Positions 1 to 12,394 of a stretch of 64,000 nucleotides of DNA are shown in pieces. The translations under genes and the position numbers were made by a program. Position 1 is the first letter of the stretch, and each line of letters starts with the position of its first letter. The notes below the pieces were generated by a model. It saw only the letters and a list, made by a program, of their open reading frames with translations. It made no database searches and was not told where the DNA came from. The DNA comes from Girardia tigrina. Its lineage: Eukaryota. The stretch covers positions 1-64,000 of the forward strand of contig MQRK01219504.1 in the NCBI GenBank assembly GCA_001938485.1. Reading direction: 5' to 3'.

Positions 1-1183
1 CGTAAGAGTAGCTTCTGCCATGTCTACCAGCAAAAATAAAATTATGTAATTATAACACACAAAAAGATATAGTGTCTATATTACGTGTTCTCAAATAGCT
101 GCCGCACCCTGTATATATAATTGTACATATATAAAATAAAATTTCTAAAATTATATAAAATCAATTTTACATATTAAAATGTATTTACTATCTACAGGGA
201 TTTCTTTAGACCATTTCATTTTCATTATAAATAATAAAACATAATGGTAATAGCAATATAAAGTATTAAAAACTGGAAATTTTTTTTACTAATTTCAGTT
301 CAATCATTTCAATCATCATTATCCAAGTCTTTTACATCCTCGTTTTCTACAGACTATGAATCGAAAAAAGAACCTCTTCATAATAAAATAGGTTTATATA
401 AAATACCCAATACAAAATGATTTTTACAAATAATTTTATTTTATAATTTTCTAAATAATTTTAATTATATATTGTTATCCTCGGGGGCCATTCATTTGGA
501 ATTCCATCCACAATCACGTAGAGTTGTCACATTTGCAATTGCTACGCAAATTTTATCATCAAAACTGACACCAGTTTTCATAAATTGAATAGAAACTGAG
601 AGAATAAACGTATATTCTCTTCTGTCTCTTTGTAAAATCAAAATAAGGAAAATACACTTCTAAATTTGACGTTAGGAAACACAATTCATCAAAATAGTAT
701 ACATATATATCCATTGTATTTGATGATGAAGAAGAAAATAATCAGATTTTATAATAATGAAAGATTATTTACATTATAAAATGAATGTTTTAAGAGCTAT
801 TATTATCATTTTTATTAATATTAATAAAATTTAATTAATTAATTTAATTTAATTTAATTAAAATTAAAAATTTGTTTTAAAAATATTAATAAAAAATTCT
901 GTATTTTCATTTTTTTCCTACATTAACTTTATTTTTCTTATTTATTTTTTTATGAAATTAAATAAGTACACTCAACTTTTATTTTATAACTGTGCAAAAA
1001 AAGTACTATTCATTAACGCAAAAGTGCGACAAGTTTTTTTTATTCAAAAATATTATAAGATGAAATAAAAAACCCTTCTGTATTTGGTTTTAGGTATATG
1101 TATAATCATATAGTATAATTAAAATAAAATTCTATACTTAATAATAAAAGTAAGTTTTTACTTATTTGCATTAAAAATTACTA

Positions 1184-1280
1184 CAGGTTGTCCGACAATT
1201 ATGGAAATTTTTCTAATCAAAATTATATTAAAAATCGTAAAGTGTGTCCAGAAAACAAGAAAACTCTTTTTTTCCATTCA

Positions 1281-1319
<39 letters not shown>

Positions 1320-1510
1320 CAAATATTTTATATTCTAAATAAAAACCGAAATTTAGAGCTTTTCTTAGCTGTTTTTGTGGAGTGCTTCTAAGTCGAGTAG
1401 TTTCAATTGAGCATTTCTTTGCCTTGCTGAATGTTTATTCGTGCTTATGCAGTTTTCTACCTTCCTCTTCTAAATCGATCTTCATAACTTCCTAACTCTT
1501 CTGTATGAGT
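1184..1510 (-). mobile_element. Decayed Tc1/mariner-superfamily fragment
   Basis: TA|CAGGTTGTCC TIR-like start at 1184. Minus-strand remnant EELGSYEDRFRRGR resembles the transposase HTH linker (GS..DR.RSGR). Confidence 0.3.
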
Positions 1511-2924
1511 GAAAAAACAATTTAACTCAACTTTAATGTTTCCCTATAAAGGCAGATTGAAACTATTTAGTGGATTTCAGTTTCCTAAGATATACTTTAT
1601 TTTAATAAAGAATTGTAAAATATTAGTAAATGAAAAGGGTAGTCAGTTGGGGCTAAGTCTACCGATTATCAAGGATGATGCAGAAGTTCCAAATTAAGTT
1701 CCTGTTGTTTTATCACGGTCTTAAGTGTATTAATTCTTTCTGAAATCAGGTAACGTTTTTTAATTACAAAAAATCTTTAAATGTTTATATGTTAATATCT
1801 GTATACCTTTTATGTTTGTATAAGAATGATTTTTACCCGTTGCAAATAAAAAAACCTTAGGTTGTAATTAGTTTTAGCTAAAGATTTAGCTAATCATTAC
1901 ACAAATTTAGAACTGTAGTTTTAAAAAATGCTTAAATGGCCCCCACATTTTCTTGATTTTTTCTGTAATTTAAATTTTAAATTTAATTTTTAATAAATTT
2001 CAAGAAAAGCAAGTATTTAATTAAGAAATATTATGAAATAAACGACTAAACAATATAAAAGTTAGATTAAATAAATTTATTTTTCTATGATTAGTATTTA
2101 TAAAATTGTATAAAATTTTAATGTAAATATATTTATTTTATTTTATTTTATTAATTTATAGTTAAAACTATATTACAACTTAATAAAACTTGTTTCCTGT
2201 TGAAATATACCTAAAATAAAATTTTCAAAAATAAGAAACGGTAAGGAAAAATCGAAAATTATATATATAAAATTAATTAATATAACTAAATAAGTTTTCA
2301 ATGCCAAATAATATTTAGCATCATTGATTTAATTTTTAATATTTTACTGAAAATTGTCGGTTTGTTTCATTTTAAATACTAAAAAAGAATTAATTAAATC
2401 ATGTCTTTTTAATAGTTTGAATTTAATTTATTTAGAAACATTTAAAAATGAAAATAAAATCTTAATATTATTTTGATTAATATAAACATTGTCGAATATC
2501 TTCATTCTTATTGATCATTTCCAATACACACAACACGACACACACTAACACGAAATACAACACACATTCACCTCTTAATGTTTCGTCATGGCGACAAATT
2601 TACCATTTCAAACACACTATTTCTAAGAATCTTCAAAAGATCTTTGAAAAATAAAATAATTAAACCAAATTTCTCTGGAATATTAGGAAATTATATTCCA
2701 ATAAAAAGATTAAATTAGTTTGTATTTTATATTTCAACATAATATATTAAAAAAAAATTAAAAATATTAAATCGTTTTAAATTTGAATATTAAATAATTT
2801 TATTAAAGTAAATAATGTTTAACTTATTTTTAAATTCAATAAATAAATATTTTAAAATTAAATTAAGTTTTAGATCCAATTATTACTAAAATTATAAAAG
2901 TCGAATTTATAGAAATAAAATCTA

Positions 2925-3182
2925 AAAATGATTTATAATGAAAATTTTTTTCGAATAATTGTTTATTAACGAGACATTAATAAAAAGTTAGCGAGATGTC
3001 TAAATTATGAGAGCTTGGCTGAGGATTGTCCCAAAGACAATGCAAATTGTGATAAAAATAAATGTGTGAAAAAACATATTGGTGTTCTTAATAATGGTCT
3101 TGGACCAGAAAATATTAACCAGGACTCACAATCTCACCAATTTAAATATAATCAATTGGTCTTATTTGATGATTCTCTTTAA
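2925..3182 (+). repeat. Further copy of the Cys/Asn-rich ORF-start repeat family (frameshifted)
   Basis: aaaatgattta..ttcgaataat..gagATGTC, then after a 1-nt frameshift NYESLAEDCPKDNANCDKNKC..GVLNN; aligns with the copy at 18447. Confidence 0.7.
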
Positions 3183-3559
3183 TATTTTCTGGCATTACAA
3201 TTCTGTTGTTATAAAAGAGTTTACTTGATAAACAATTTTCAAAAAATCAATAAGCAATTTTATTTTTATTAGTTTTTGTACATATCTGATTGATTAGAAG
3301 GTTGGAAAATTTACTAGCTTTACTTGGTAACTATTTTATTCTTGATCCATAAAGATGCCTACATTTATCGGCAAAACGCCATTTCAGAATGACTTGCTGT
3401 AATCATCACTAACGATTGTTTTTATAGGACTTCTTTGAGGATATAAATAAGAAGAAAATCAGAGTTGGAATATTCTGGAGAATACGGTTACTGCGGTAGA
3501 GTTTCTGATGATCACATAAGTCGTGTAATCTTGCTGAATTACCACTGAATTTCGATTTA

Positions 3560-3990
3560 CAAATTCAATCCGTTCCTGTTTAAAAAAATGAACCGATATC
3601 TTCGGCTAACGAGAATATATATTTGAATTATCTTCTGTTTTCATTGAAGGCAATTTAAAGACACTTATACTTTGAAATCAAACAAAATGGAATATATTAC
3701 GTTCCTTTAGTAAATGTCTACTTTTAGGATCGTTTAGACAGATTCATTACGTTTCGCTCTTGATTGTCATTGTTAAATATTGTTGTAAACAATCCATTTT
3801 GTCATCGGTCATCAAAGCTTGAGAAACGGATTGCGATGCTCTCGTTTCAAAAAAAACATCTTTGAACGCATTCCAAGCGATTATTCCTTGTAACAGTCCT
3901 TTAAACAGTTGGTCATTGAGAAATTTCCTAACAGACCCCTGAGAGTTCCAGAACCATAGACTTGAAACACTAATGTAAAGCAAATGTAAA
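3560..3990. mobile_element. Scrambled Chapaev3-like transposase remnant
   Basis: Minus ORF 3747-3983 SVRKFLNDQLFKGLL..IIAWNAFKDV resembles the Q.RKL..D..F...L....AW.AFK.V motif. The adjacent + strand piece has SLKA..H. Confidence 0.3.
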
Positions 3991-4052
3991 AATGGTAAAA
4001 GAAAAAATTAAGTAGAAAAAAAAATTAAAAACTGTAAAAAATATTTAAGATC

Positions 4053-4452
4053 TAACGGATAACATGAAATAGTAGGACACCTACTATTTTAATAGTAGGT
4101 GGAAAAAAAATTGAAAAGCCGCCCAATATTGGTTTACACCTACTATTTGGTGCTTTTGTTTTGAACTTNNNNNNNNNNNNNNNNNNNNNNNNNNNNNNNN
4201 NNNNNNNNNNNNNNNNNNNNNNNNNNNNNNNNNNNNNNNNNNNNNNNNNNNNNNNNNNNNNNNNNNNNNNNNNNNNNNNNNNNNNNNNNNNNNNNNNNNN
4301 NNNNNNNNNNNNNNNNNNNNNNNNNNNNNNNNNNNNNNNNATACACCTACTATTTGATTCCACCTACTATTTTAATAGTAGGTGGAAAATTTTTTGAAAA
4401 CTTCATTACACCTACTATTTCATGTCCACCTACTATTTGATGTTATCCGTTA
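4053..4452. mobile_element. MITE-like element with TIRs and internal CACCTACTATTT repeats (spans an N gap)
   Basis: TAACGGATAACATGAAATAGTAGG at 4053 is near reverse-complementary to CCTACTATTTGATGTTATCCGTTA ending at 4452. CACCTACTATTT recurs at least 6 times. Confidence 0.7.
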
Positions 4453-4574
4453 ATTGATGACTTTTTTGAGAATAATAAAATCAATAATAAAATAGATTTT
4501 TTTAAATATTTTCAGAACAACTTTTGAAAAACAATTATTGTCTGACAAATAATTTCATTATTTATATTTTGTAG

Positions 4575-4757
4575 GAATGAATTCAGTTGACCCTTCAATA
4601 TCGGGATATAGATCCCCCACAGGAGTTGTTATATCAAATAATGAAGAAAATTCCAAAAACCCAGGAATCGGTGCCTTTGGTCCTCTTTCATCATCCAGCG
4701 CTACAATGTTATCCGGGGAAATGAATAAGAATAATGTGGACGACTTTATTGGACTGA
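4575..4757 (+). CDS. Internal coding exon (183 nt, phase 1-1) of a host gene, Ser/Gly/Asn-rich
   Basis: Acceptor tattttgtag| and consensus donor |gtaagt. Open frame MNSVDPSISGYRSP...VDDFIGL, GC-richer than flanks, no TE motif seen. Confidence 0.7.
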
Positions 4758-5329
4758 GTAAGTTGATTTGACTATATTTCTTAGCAAACAAAAATAAAAT
4801 GATTTTTTTTTGAATTTTTTATAAAAAATTGTTTTTATTTGTCTAATTTTTTACAAAAAAAACTAATTAAAAAACATATTAATATAATTTGACATACTTT
4901 AATTTTTCAAAATTTTAACTAATATATATATATATAGAAAATAAATTGAGAATCAAACAATAATTAATTTTAAATTACTCTGTTCAGAAGGCGGAAAATA
5001 ATTTAAGAGATTTCTAGAAAATCGGTCAACTGTTGAATTGAAATTTAGAGTTATTGCAATAACTTATGAACGTTGAAATTACTTATAGAATCATTAAAAT
5101 CTAACTTATCGTTTCAAATGACTGAAGGATACTTTTAAGAGACGATTCGATCTCTGCGTTAGAATTGTTGAACAAACTTAACCGGGTAGAAATAGTTCCT
5201 TTTGGATCCATGTAAACAATTTCAACGTGAACATACGACTTTTACGATACAAAATAAACATTTGACGTCTTTCATCAACATCAATAATAAGAGATAAATA
5301 ATTTAGTTCGCTGATCGAAATTTAAATTG

Positions 5330-8300
5330 TTTATAATTAGTTTAATTTAAATTATTTTAATTAAATCAAAAGTTTTTAATTTTTTCATGTATGTAATAAA
5401 TCAGTATTTGATAATGTAATTTTTATTTTTTTTGCTTAAAATAATTCGTCGAAGCAAATAGCAAATGTTCAGAGTTATTTATTGATATGTTGTAAGTTTT
5501 CTAAAATTCAAGGTTTAATAATTTATAAAATTAGATCACTAATGATTATAAGTATAAAAATAAAATAGTTAAAATACAATAAAAAATTAAATAATTGAAC
5601 ATTAAAATTTTAAAAAAATAAATTAATTAAAATATTCAAATAATAATATATAAATAACTAAAAGAACTACGTCTACAATAAAATATTGCTTAAAATTTTA
5701 ATAAAACTGATAATTTAAATTATTATACAAAAAATAATAATAATAAAATTATTTTGAACTGAAATTAAATTAAAAATTTTAAAAATTAAGTAGAATGATA
5801 ATTAAATATTTTCAAAAATTTCAAAAATACTTAAAATAAATTATAAAATGTTTTTTTATAAAAAAATGCAAATTAAAAAATACATAATATTTAATTTGAA
5901 AAACAAAATTTTATAAACATTATAATAAGTTAAAAAAACAACAAATTTAAAAATAAAATTTTTTCATCAAAAAATTTAATATACGTTAATTATTACTTTT
6001 CATAAATATTAAATTGAAAATTAAATATTATTTGGATTTGATTGCAATTTAAAATAATTTAAAAAATATTGGAAAATAGAGATCGGCGGTGTAAGAATTT
6101 TCCATCAATAATTAAAAAGTCAAAATAAATTGCAAAATTTATTCTTATTTAAAAAAGTGTGCGTTTTTGTTCATTTAAACAAAAATCATCAAGAGACTTA
6201 ATTCAGAATATTTTGGATCCATTATTATAATATTGTAAATGTTATCTTAGTATAGTAAAAATAATATAGATATAAATATAGTTATTTATCTTTACAGGCG
6301 GAATGATTGTAAATTTAAGAAATAGTTGGAAATTTTGGTTGAAAATTGTTGATAATAAATGTATAAATTTAATTTTAATGATTTCGGAAATTGATGTTAC
6401 AAATACCTCTCACAATCAATACGTTCTGTTTTTCTTTTAATACATTACTGTCTTTAAAAGATCGCTACTTATTCGTCCTCTAGAAAATTTAGTTTATCAA
6501 TACATAAACCAAGATTTACTCGGAAAAATAAATAACACAATAATTATCAGTCAAAAGTTAGTTGAAATTTACAACTCCAAATTATTGAGTCATAAACAGG
6601 ATTTTTTTCCAAGGTCGGGGCAAAAAAATTTTCTTTAGGTAGAATTTTTCGAGGGGGGTAAGATTTAAAACTTCTGCGTAGAATGTTTTGAAAATAGCAA
6701 TTTATTTAATTATTTAGTTTTGGTTCTCATGAAATTCAAAATTATAAAAAAATTACATTAATAAACAACGGTAGCACAATAAACAACATTACAAAGAAAA
6801 TATTCAAATTGATTGTTATCAGAACACGCATGTTTTTTCAAAAGTATATGACATAGGAATTGTTCCTAAACATTTATTTTTCCGGCCATCTTAATGAAAA
6901 TGATCTTTAATTCCTTGTTATTCATTTATTTGATTATTAATCTATTTTTGGAATATAATTTTCGGAATGTACTTTTTCTCCGCCTCTTTATCTAATCATA
7001 TTTTTTTTAGATTTTAGCAGCCAATTACAATTTTTCAATTTCTTAGTGAAATATTTTTTTCAATTTTTTCAATTTTTCAAGGGGGCAAGTGCCCTACCTT
7101 GTCTTCCCTGTGGGCGCCCATGCACAAGAACAACCTTATGCACCAAAAATACTTGCTGGTTAAGAAGTTCTTCAAACTTTTTCTACAGACATTAAATGGT
7201 AAAACTTTTTTTAATTAGAGACATAATTATGAAAGAAGAACGATTGCTTGTATTTAGCACTATATTTAACAAAGTAAGTTTATCTTGCCTCAATTTGAAA
7301 TATGAAAGAAAATTTGATCGACTAAATGTTACTCAAGCGCCAGTGGGATTGCCGAATTTGAGAACGTATCCTCTCGTTTACACAATAATGACTTGCAAAA
7401 GTGAAACATTATCAACAATTATTTGAAGAAGTAGCTGATTTTGCTGAGAAAACGGATTTAAATGACATCCTTAATGTATCTAAAAAAAGAATATTATGGA
7501 TTCAGTGATAAAATTTATTCTTTCTCTATATTCCAGTGTATTCGGAGATTAAAAATCAAATCAATGGATTAGCTTCACAATGTGGCAATGATGAAAGCTT
7601 CTAAAGGAAAGTACAAAATGTATAGGCATTAGTATGTCTTCCATAACACGAAACTTAAAAAGAGTTTAATGAATTAAAACAAAATGTACTTAAAATTAAG
7701 AGAAGTTATTGACCGGTTCGAAAATAATTATACTTATGAAAAAAATGAAAGAAATTAATGCGAATGTGTTACTATTCGATCACTTGTCTTATTTTGTGGA
7801 TCAGAATTTTGTGGTCAGAATACGAGTGTATACGAAATGGATTTACTCAAAACAGTGTAGAATTATGGCAAAAAAACATAGGAAAATTTATTAGGAAATG
7901 TTCGTGTCAATCTCTTTCGTAATTTTTTTCCAGTTTGAGTCAGGTTTTTGAAATAAAACTTAGTCTAATTTTCCGTAATAATTGATTATTTAATTTCTTT
8001 ACTAAACAGTAATAAATATTAATAATTAAAATTTATTTTTTAACTTTATGACGACTAAATTTGAGAATAACTTTTAATGTGTAATAATTCTTTTTAATTA
8101 ATTTTTAATTGTATATTAAAATTTCAGTTATCTCATTCCTTCCGTCTTATTTTATTTTAATGTTTTAATTTAAAAATTTTAATGATTAATGAATGTGTTC
8201 ATTTAATAATCATTAATTAATAGTAATCATTATTTTTAATTTCCTTTTTTATTTTTTATTTAATAAGATTTAAGATATATTTTAATTCTTTTTAAATATT

Positions 8301-8818
8301 TGATAATATGTGATAATTATTCGATTTGCAAGGCTTATGATTTATATAATTATTAATTAATTATAATTGATAAAATTTTTAAAGGCTTTTATTATTATTA
8401 TTTTTTATATGATAATTTAAATTATCATTTTTAATAAAATTTTAAGCAATATTTTATTGTAGACGTAATTCTTTTAGTTATTTATACATTTATATTTGAA
8501 CATTTTAATTAATTTATTTTTTTTCAAATTTTAATGTTCATTTATTTTATTTTTTATTGCATTTTAGCTATTTTATTTTTATAATTGTAATCATTAATGG
8601 TATAATTTTATAAATTATTAAACTTTGAATTTTAGAAAACTTACAACATATCAATAAATAACTCTGAACATTTGCTATATGCTTCGACGAATTATTTTAA
8701 GCAAAAAAATAAAAATTACATTATCAAATACTGATTTATTACATACATGAAAAACAATTTGATTTTTTGTCAAACTATGGATTTAATTAAAATAATTTAT
8801 ATTAAATTAATTAAACAA
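5330..8818. repeat. Long diverged inverted repeat pair (about 5330-5750 and 8390-8818)
   Basis: For example ataattcgtcgaagcaaatagcaaatgttcagagttatttattgatatgttgtaag (5441-) versus its reverse complement at about 8640-8695. Similarity runs over about 420 bp. Confidence 0.9.
6594..7122. mobile_element. Non-autonomous hAT-like element
   Basis: GC-rich end GGGGGCAAGTGCCCTACCTTGTCTTCCCTGTGGGCGCCCATG and a degenerate opposite end CAGGATTTTTTTCCAAGGTCGGGGCAA, a typical hAT MITE terminus pattern. Confidence 0.5.
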
Positions 8819-9078
8819 CACGTCATTTAGCGATTACCAAAAAATAATAATATTTTTTGGGTCTAAATAATAATATTTTTATGACCAACTCTGACTACTA
8901 TAAGAGACAAACATTTGAATAATTAAATGTCTTATTTTTGAAGATGTCGGTCACCAAAAATGAGCTAAAGTGTCAGCACTGACACGGAAGTCCAAGGTTC
9001 ACCATCACTGGTATATATTCTAAAACATGCAATAGCTTCGTACACCTCATATTTTTCTAATACAAAACCTTACAAATA

Positions 9079-10250
9079 CCGTAATTTCCGCACTATAAGG
9101 CGTATTATAAGTCGCATACTAAATGTGAGGATTTTAAGCCCATTTTAAATAAATCAGTTCAATGGAAATAAACTAATAAGCCTAAATAATATATTCACCA
9201 AAATATTTTATTAGTTTTCTAAGAAATCATTTAAATTTTCATGATACTCAGAATTGCTATCAGTTACTGCATCTGAATCCACAGCTTGATTTTTTGGTCT
9301 CAATTACACCTTGTACGCCAGAACTGTTAATAATGCCTGCCTTAATGAAGCCGTTAATAATTGTTGATGTTGGAATAGTGTTCCAACTTTCAAGAATCCA
9401 TTTAGTTATAGTAACAAAGTCAACTCTTCACTGTCTACCTGTTTTAGTAAAAGTATGATCTCCGGACATCATCCACTCTTCCCAAGTGTTTCTTAATTTG
9501 ACTTAAAATGATTTATTGACTGAGAATTCTAGAGGTCGAACTATCTTAGTCAATCCACCAGGAATAACCGATAAGACAGTATTGGCAAGTCTCAATAATG
9601 ACTTTACAGCTTCGGTAAGATGTGCACGCATTGAATCACAGATAAGCATTGGGGATGATGTGTGGAAGAACCCACCTTGTCTCTTAATAAAAACTTCACC
9701 AACCCATGCTTGCATTAATTTTTCGTCCATCCATCCTTTTTCATTTGGCTTTACTACAACTCCATCAGGAAATTTACCTTTAGGCAACGTTTTCCTTTTA
9801 AAAATTACCATTGGTGGTAACTTTAATCCACTCGAAGAACAAGCTAAAACAACAGTACAGAATATTTTTTCGTTTCCCAATGTCATAATTGGAACTGATT
9901 TAGCACCAACCTGTTCAATGGTGTGATTAACTGGCATATCAAAAGGGATAGATACTTCATCCATATTGAAAATGTTATCATGATGTATATTCTTTGTAAT
10001 TTTTGTTTGAGAAAACTCACGGAATATGCTGGCCTTTTCTTCAAAATCTGCAGGAATGTCGTTTTGCACCGAATTGAAAGATTATTTCGTTTCATGAATC
10101 TGGTGCACCAAGATTGTCCTCCTGAGAAATTCATAATTCCAAATTCTTTAGCTAGTGTTTGGCTTTGAGCCGTATAGAGACTGTTGAAATGCTTCTGCCA
10201 ACTGAACTCATTTCATAGACCCAATTCTTAAGATCGATTTAATTGTCGAT
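9079..10250 (-). mobile_element. pogo/Tc2-type DNA transposon, 5'-truncated, frameshifted DDE_1 transposase
   Basis: ORFs 9883-10134 (W..RFMKRNNLSIR, CENP-B HTH) and 9503-10069 (NMDE, KLPPMVIFK, GWM, DSMRAH, IPGGLT..+PL). TA|CCGTAATTTCCGCACTATAAGGCG TIR at 9079. Confidence 0.9.
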
Positions 10251-12284
10251 TCTTAATTCTTAATTGTCAATTTATTACTCTTGATGATGACTGATATTCC
10301 GTCCAAATATATTCTCATTATACATTTTACTTTACTAAATGGTGTTTTTTAATTTGTAAAAAGAATTTGACATTATTTTATAAATTTATCAATAATCTTT
10401 AATCATATATTTAATAATGATAATTTATTATTAATAAAAAAGCAATTTTAATTAGAGATTTATTAAACAATAAATATTATTTTTTTAAAATATTTTGAAA
10501 AAGATCTAAATTCAATATTCATTTAATTACAAATGTCATGATAATAATTTTTATAAATTTTATTATTGCATTTTATAAATAACAACAATAATTATTTTGA
10601 ATATGCGAAAAACAGTAATAATATTAATATTTGTAAAATTAATAGTGATAATACTAATAATAAAAAACGATAAATTTAAAATTCTGAATAATATTACTTT
10701 AAAAACATCAGTTTTAAAGGGACAAAATTTTAACAACAGCTCTAAATGTTCCCTTTGGGAAATGAAGGCAAAATAATTTTAGTTATAACTTTGATTTTTC
10801 AGTTGGATGCCATTCGGAGCAATCGATTTTATTTTAGAATTGTTTTTAATAAAATCTTCAAAAATCTTTTAAATTTTTTTTTCGTAATATTTTTATATTG
10901 TTTTATTAATTTAAAATTGAACATGATATAAATATTTTCATATTCGCAAAAATATTATTTTTAAAAATTAAAAAAATGTTAAAAATTTTTTGCTATTAAT
11001 AATTGTATTTATTTTAAAAAAAGATAAAAATTATTAAAATATATTATTAACAAAAATTGTAGATCTTTAATTATTTTAAGTACTTCTTAAGTCAAATAGT
11101 CAAATGATTCTGTTTCTCAAAAAAATTTTTTTAAACAATATTTTTATAATGATTAATTTTTTAAGTATTTTTAAAAAAATATAGTTAAAAAGTAGAAAAA
11201 AATTACATATTGAAATATTTTGTTGAAATAAATAATAATATTTTTTTGGTCATATAATAGACAGTAATTATTATGATCTTAAATAGTTAATCAATTTTAT
11301 GGTGCTTTTAAGGTATTTAATAATATTTTTTAAAAATGTATTTAAATGATTTTAGTAGCAAAAAAATTTAAAATATAAGGAATAATATTTGAAAGCGAAA
11401 ATTTTGTAAAAACAAATAGACTTAAATTGAATAATAAATAAATTGAGTTTTAAAATTCTTTTTTTGAAAGAAGCGAATATGCAAAGATTTTTATATAATT
11501 ATTGTAGTGTCCTAATTGTTCTACATCAGTTAAATATAGTAATCTTATATATACAGTTCATTATTTATATTTAGAATTAAATAGGTAATTTAACTATGGT
11601 TATGTATTATTATTATTATTTTATCTTATTTTTATTTAATTATTTATTATTATTATATTTTAGCTATAATTAATTACTAAATATTATTATTTATTTATGT
11701 ATAATAATTATACTATGGATAAATTAAATCTTCATTGGATAATTTAAAAAAATTTGGAATCGGAATTAAAAAAAATCGATTCACAAATTATAAAATTATC
11801 AACGATCAAATTATTATCGCGGATACAATTTTTTGTTTTGGTACATAGCTTAAGTTGCTAAAAAAAGTAAGATAATATTATTCATACGATTTTAGTCAGA
11901 CTAAGAAATATTCAACCAATCATATATGAAATAAATAATCTAACCCAGAATACTATCTCAAAGTTATATATACGGAGCCTTAAATAACTTAAAATACTGA
12001 AAAGATTTATTTGAAAATGATAATATTTCAATTAATTTAAAAAAGAATATTAATATATTTTTCAAAAAATATACTTAAAATATATATTTAAAAGTATTTT
12101 TGTTGAAAAATATATTAGTATAATTTTTTAATAGTTAATTGAATTATTAGTATTTTAAAATAAATCCTTTTAGTGTTTTAAGTTATTTCTATTCAATAAG
12201 AATTTTGACAAATATTTTTTGTTTGATATAGACTCCTTTTTAGTTTAATTTTTGTAATTTTATAAATCTTTTCTATCAATTGAC

Positions 12285-12330
12285 GATCCACCTGATGATG
12301 TTCTGATAAGAACGAAACATGTCTTGGATT
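12285..12330 (+). ncRNA. Minimal type I hammerhead ribozyme (Penelope-type)
   Basis: GATCCAC-CTGATGA-T-GTTC-tgataa-GAAC-GAAAC-AT-GTC-TTGGATT: core boxes, 4-bp stem II, palindromic stem III (ACATGT), GUC triplet, and stem I pairing GATCCA/TGGATT. Confidence 0.75.
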
Positions 12331-12352
12331 GTGATATTATAAATTGAATGGT

Positions 12353-12391
<39 letters not shown>

Positions 12392-12394
<3 letters not shown>

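Noticed and set aside
4053-4452. CRISPR-like repeated CACCTACTATTT
   Set aside because: Short, irregularly spaced, in both orientations, inside TIRs, eukaryotic context, no cas genes.
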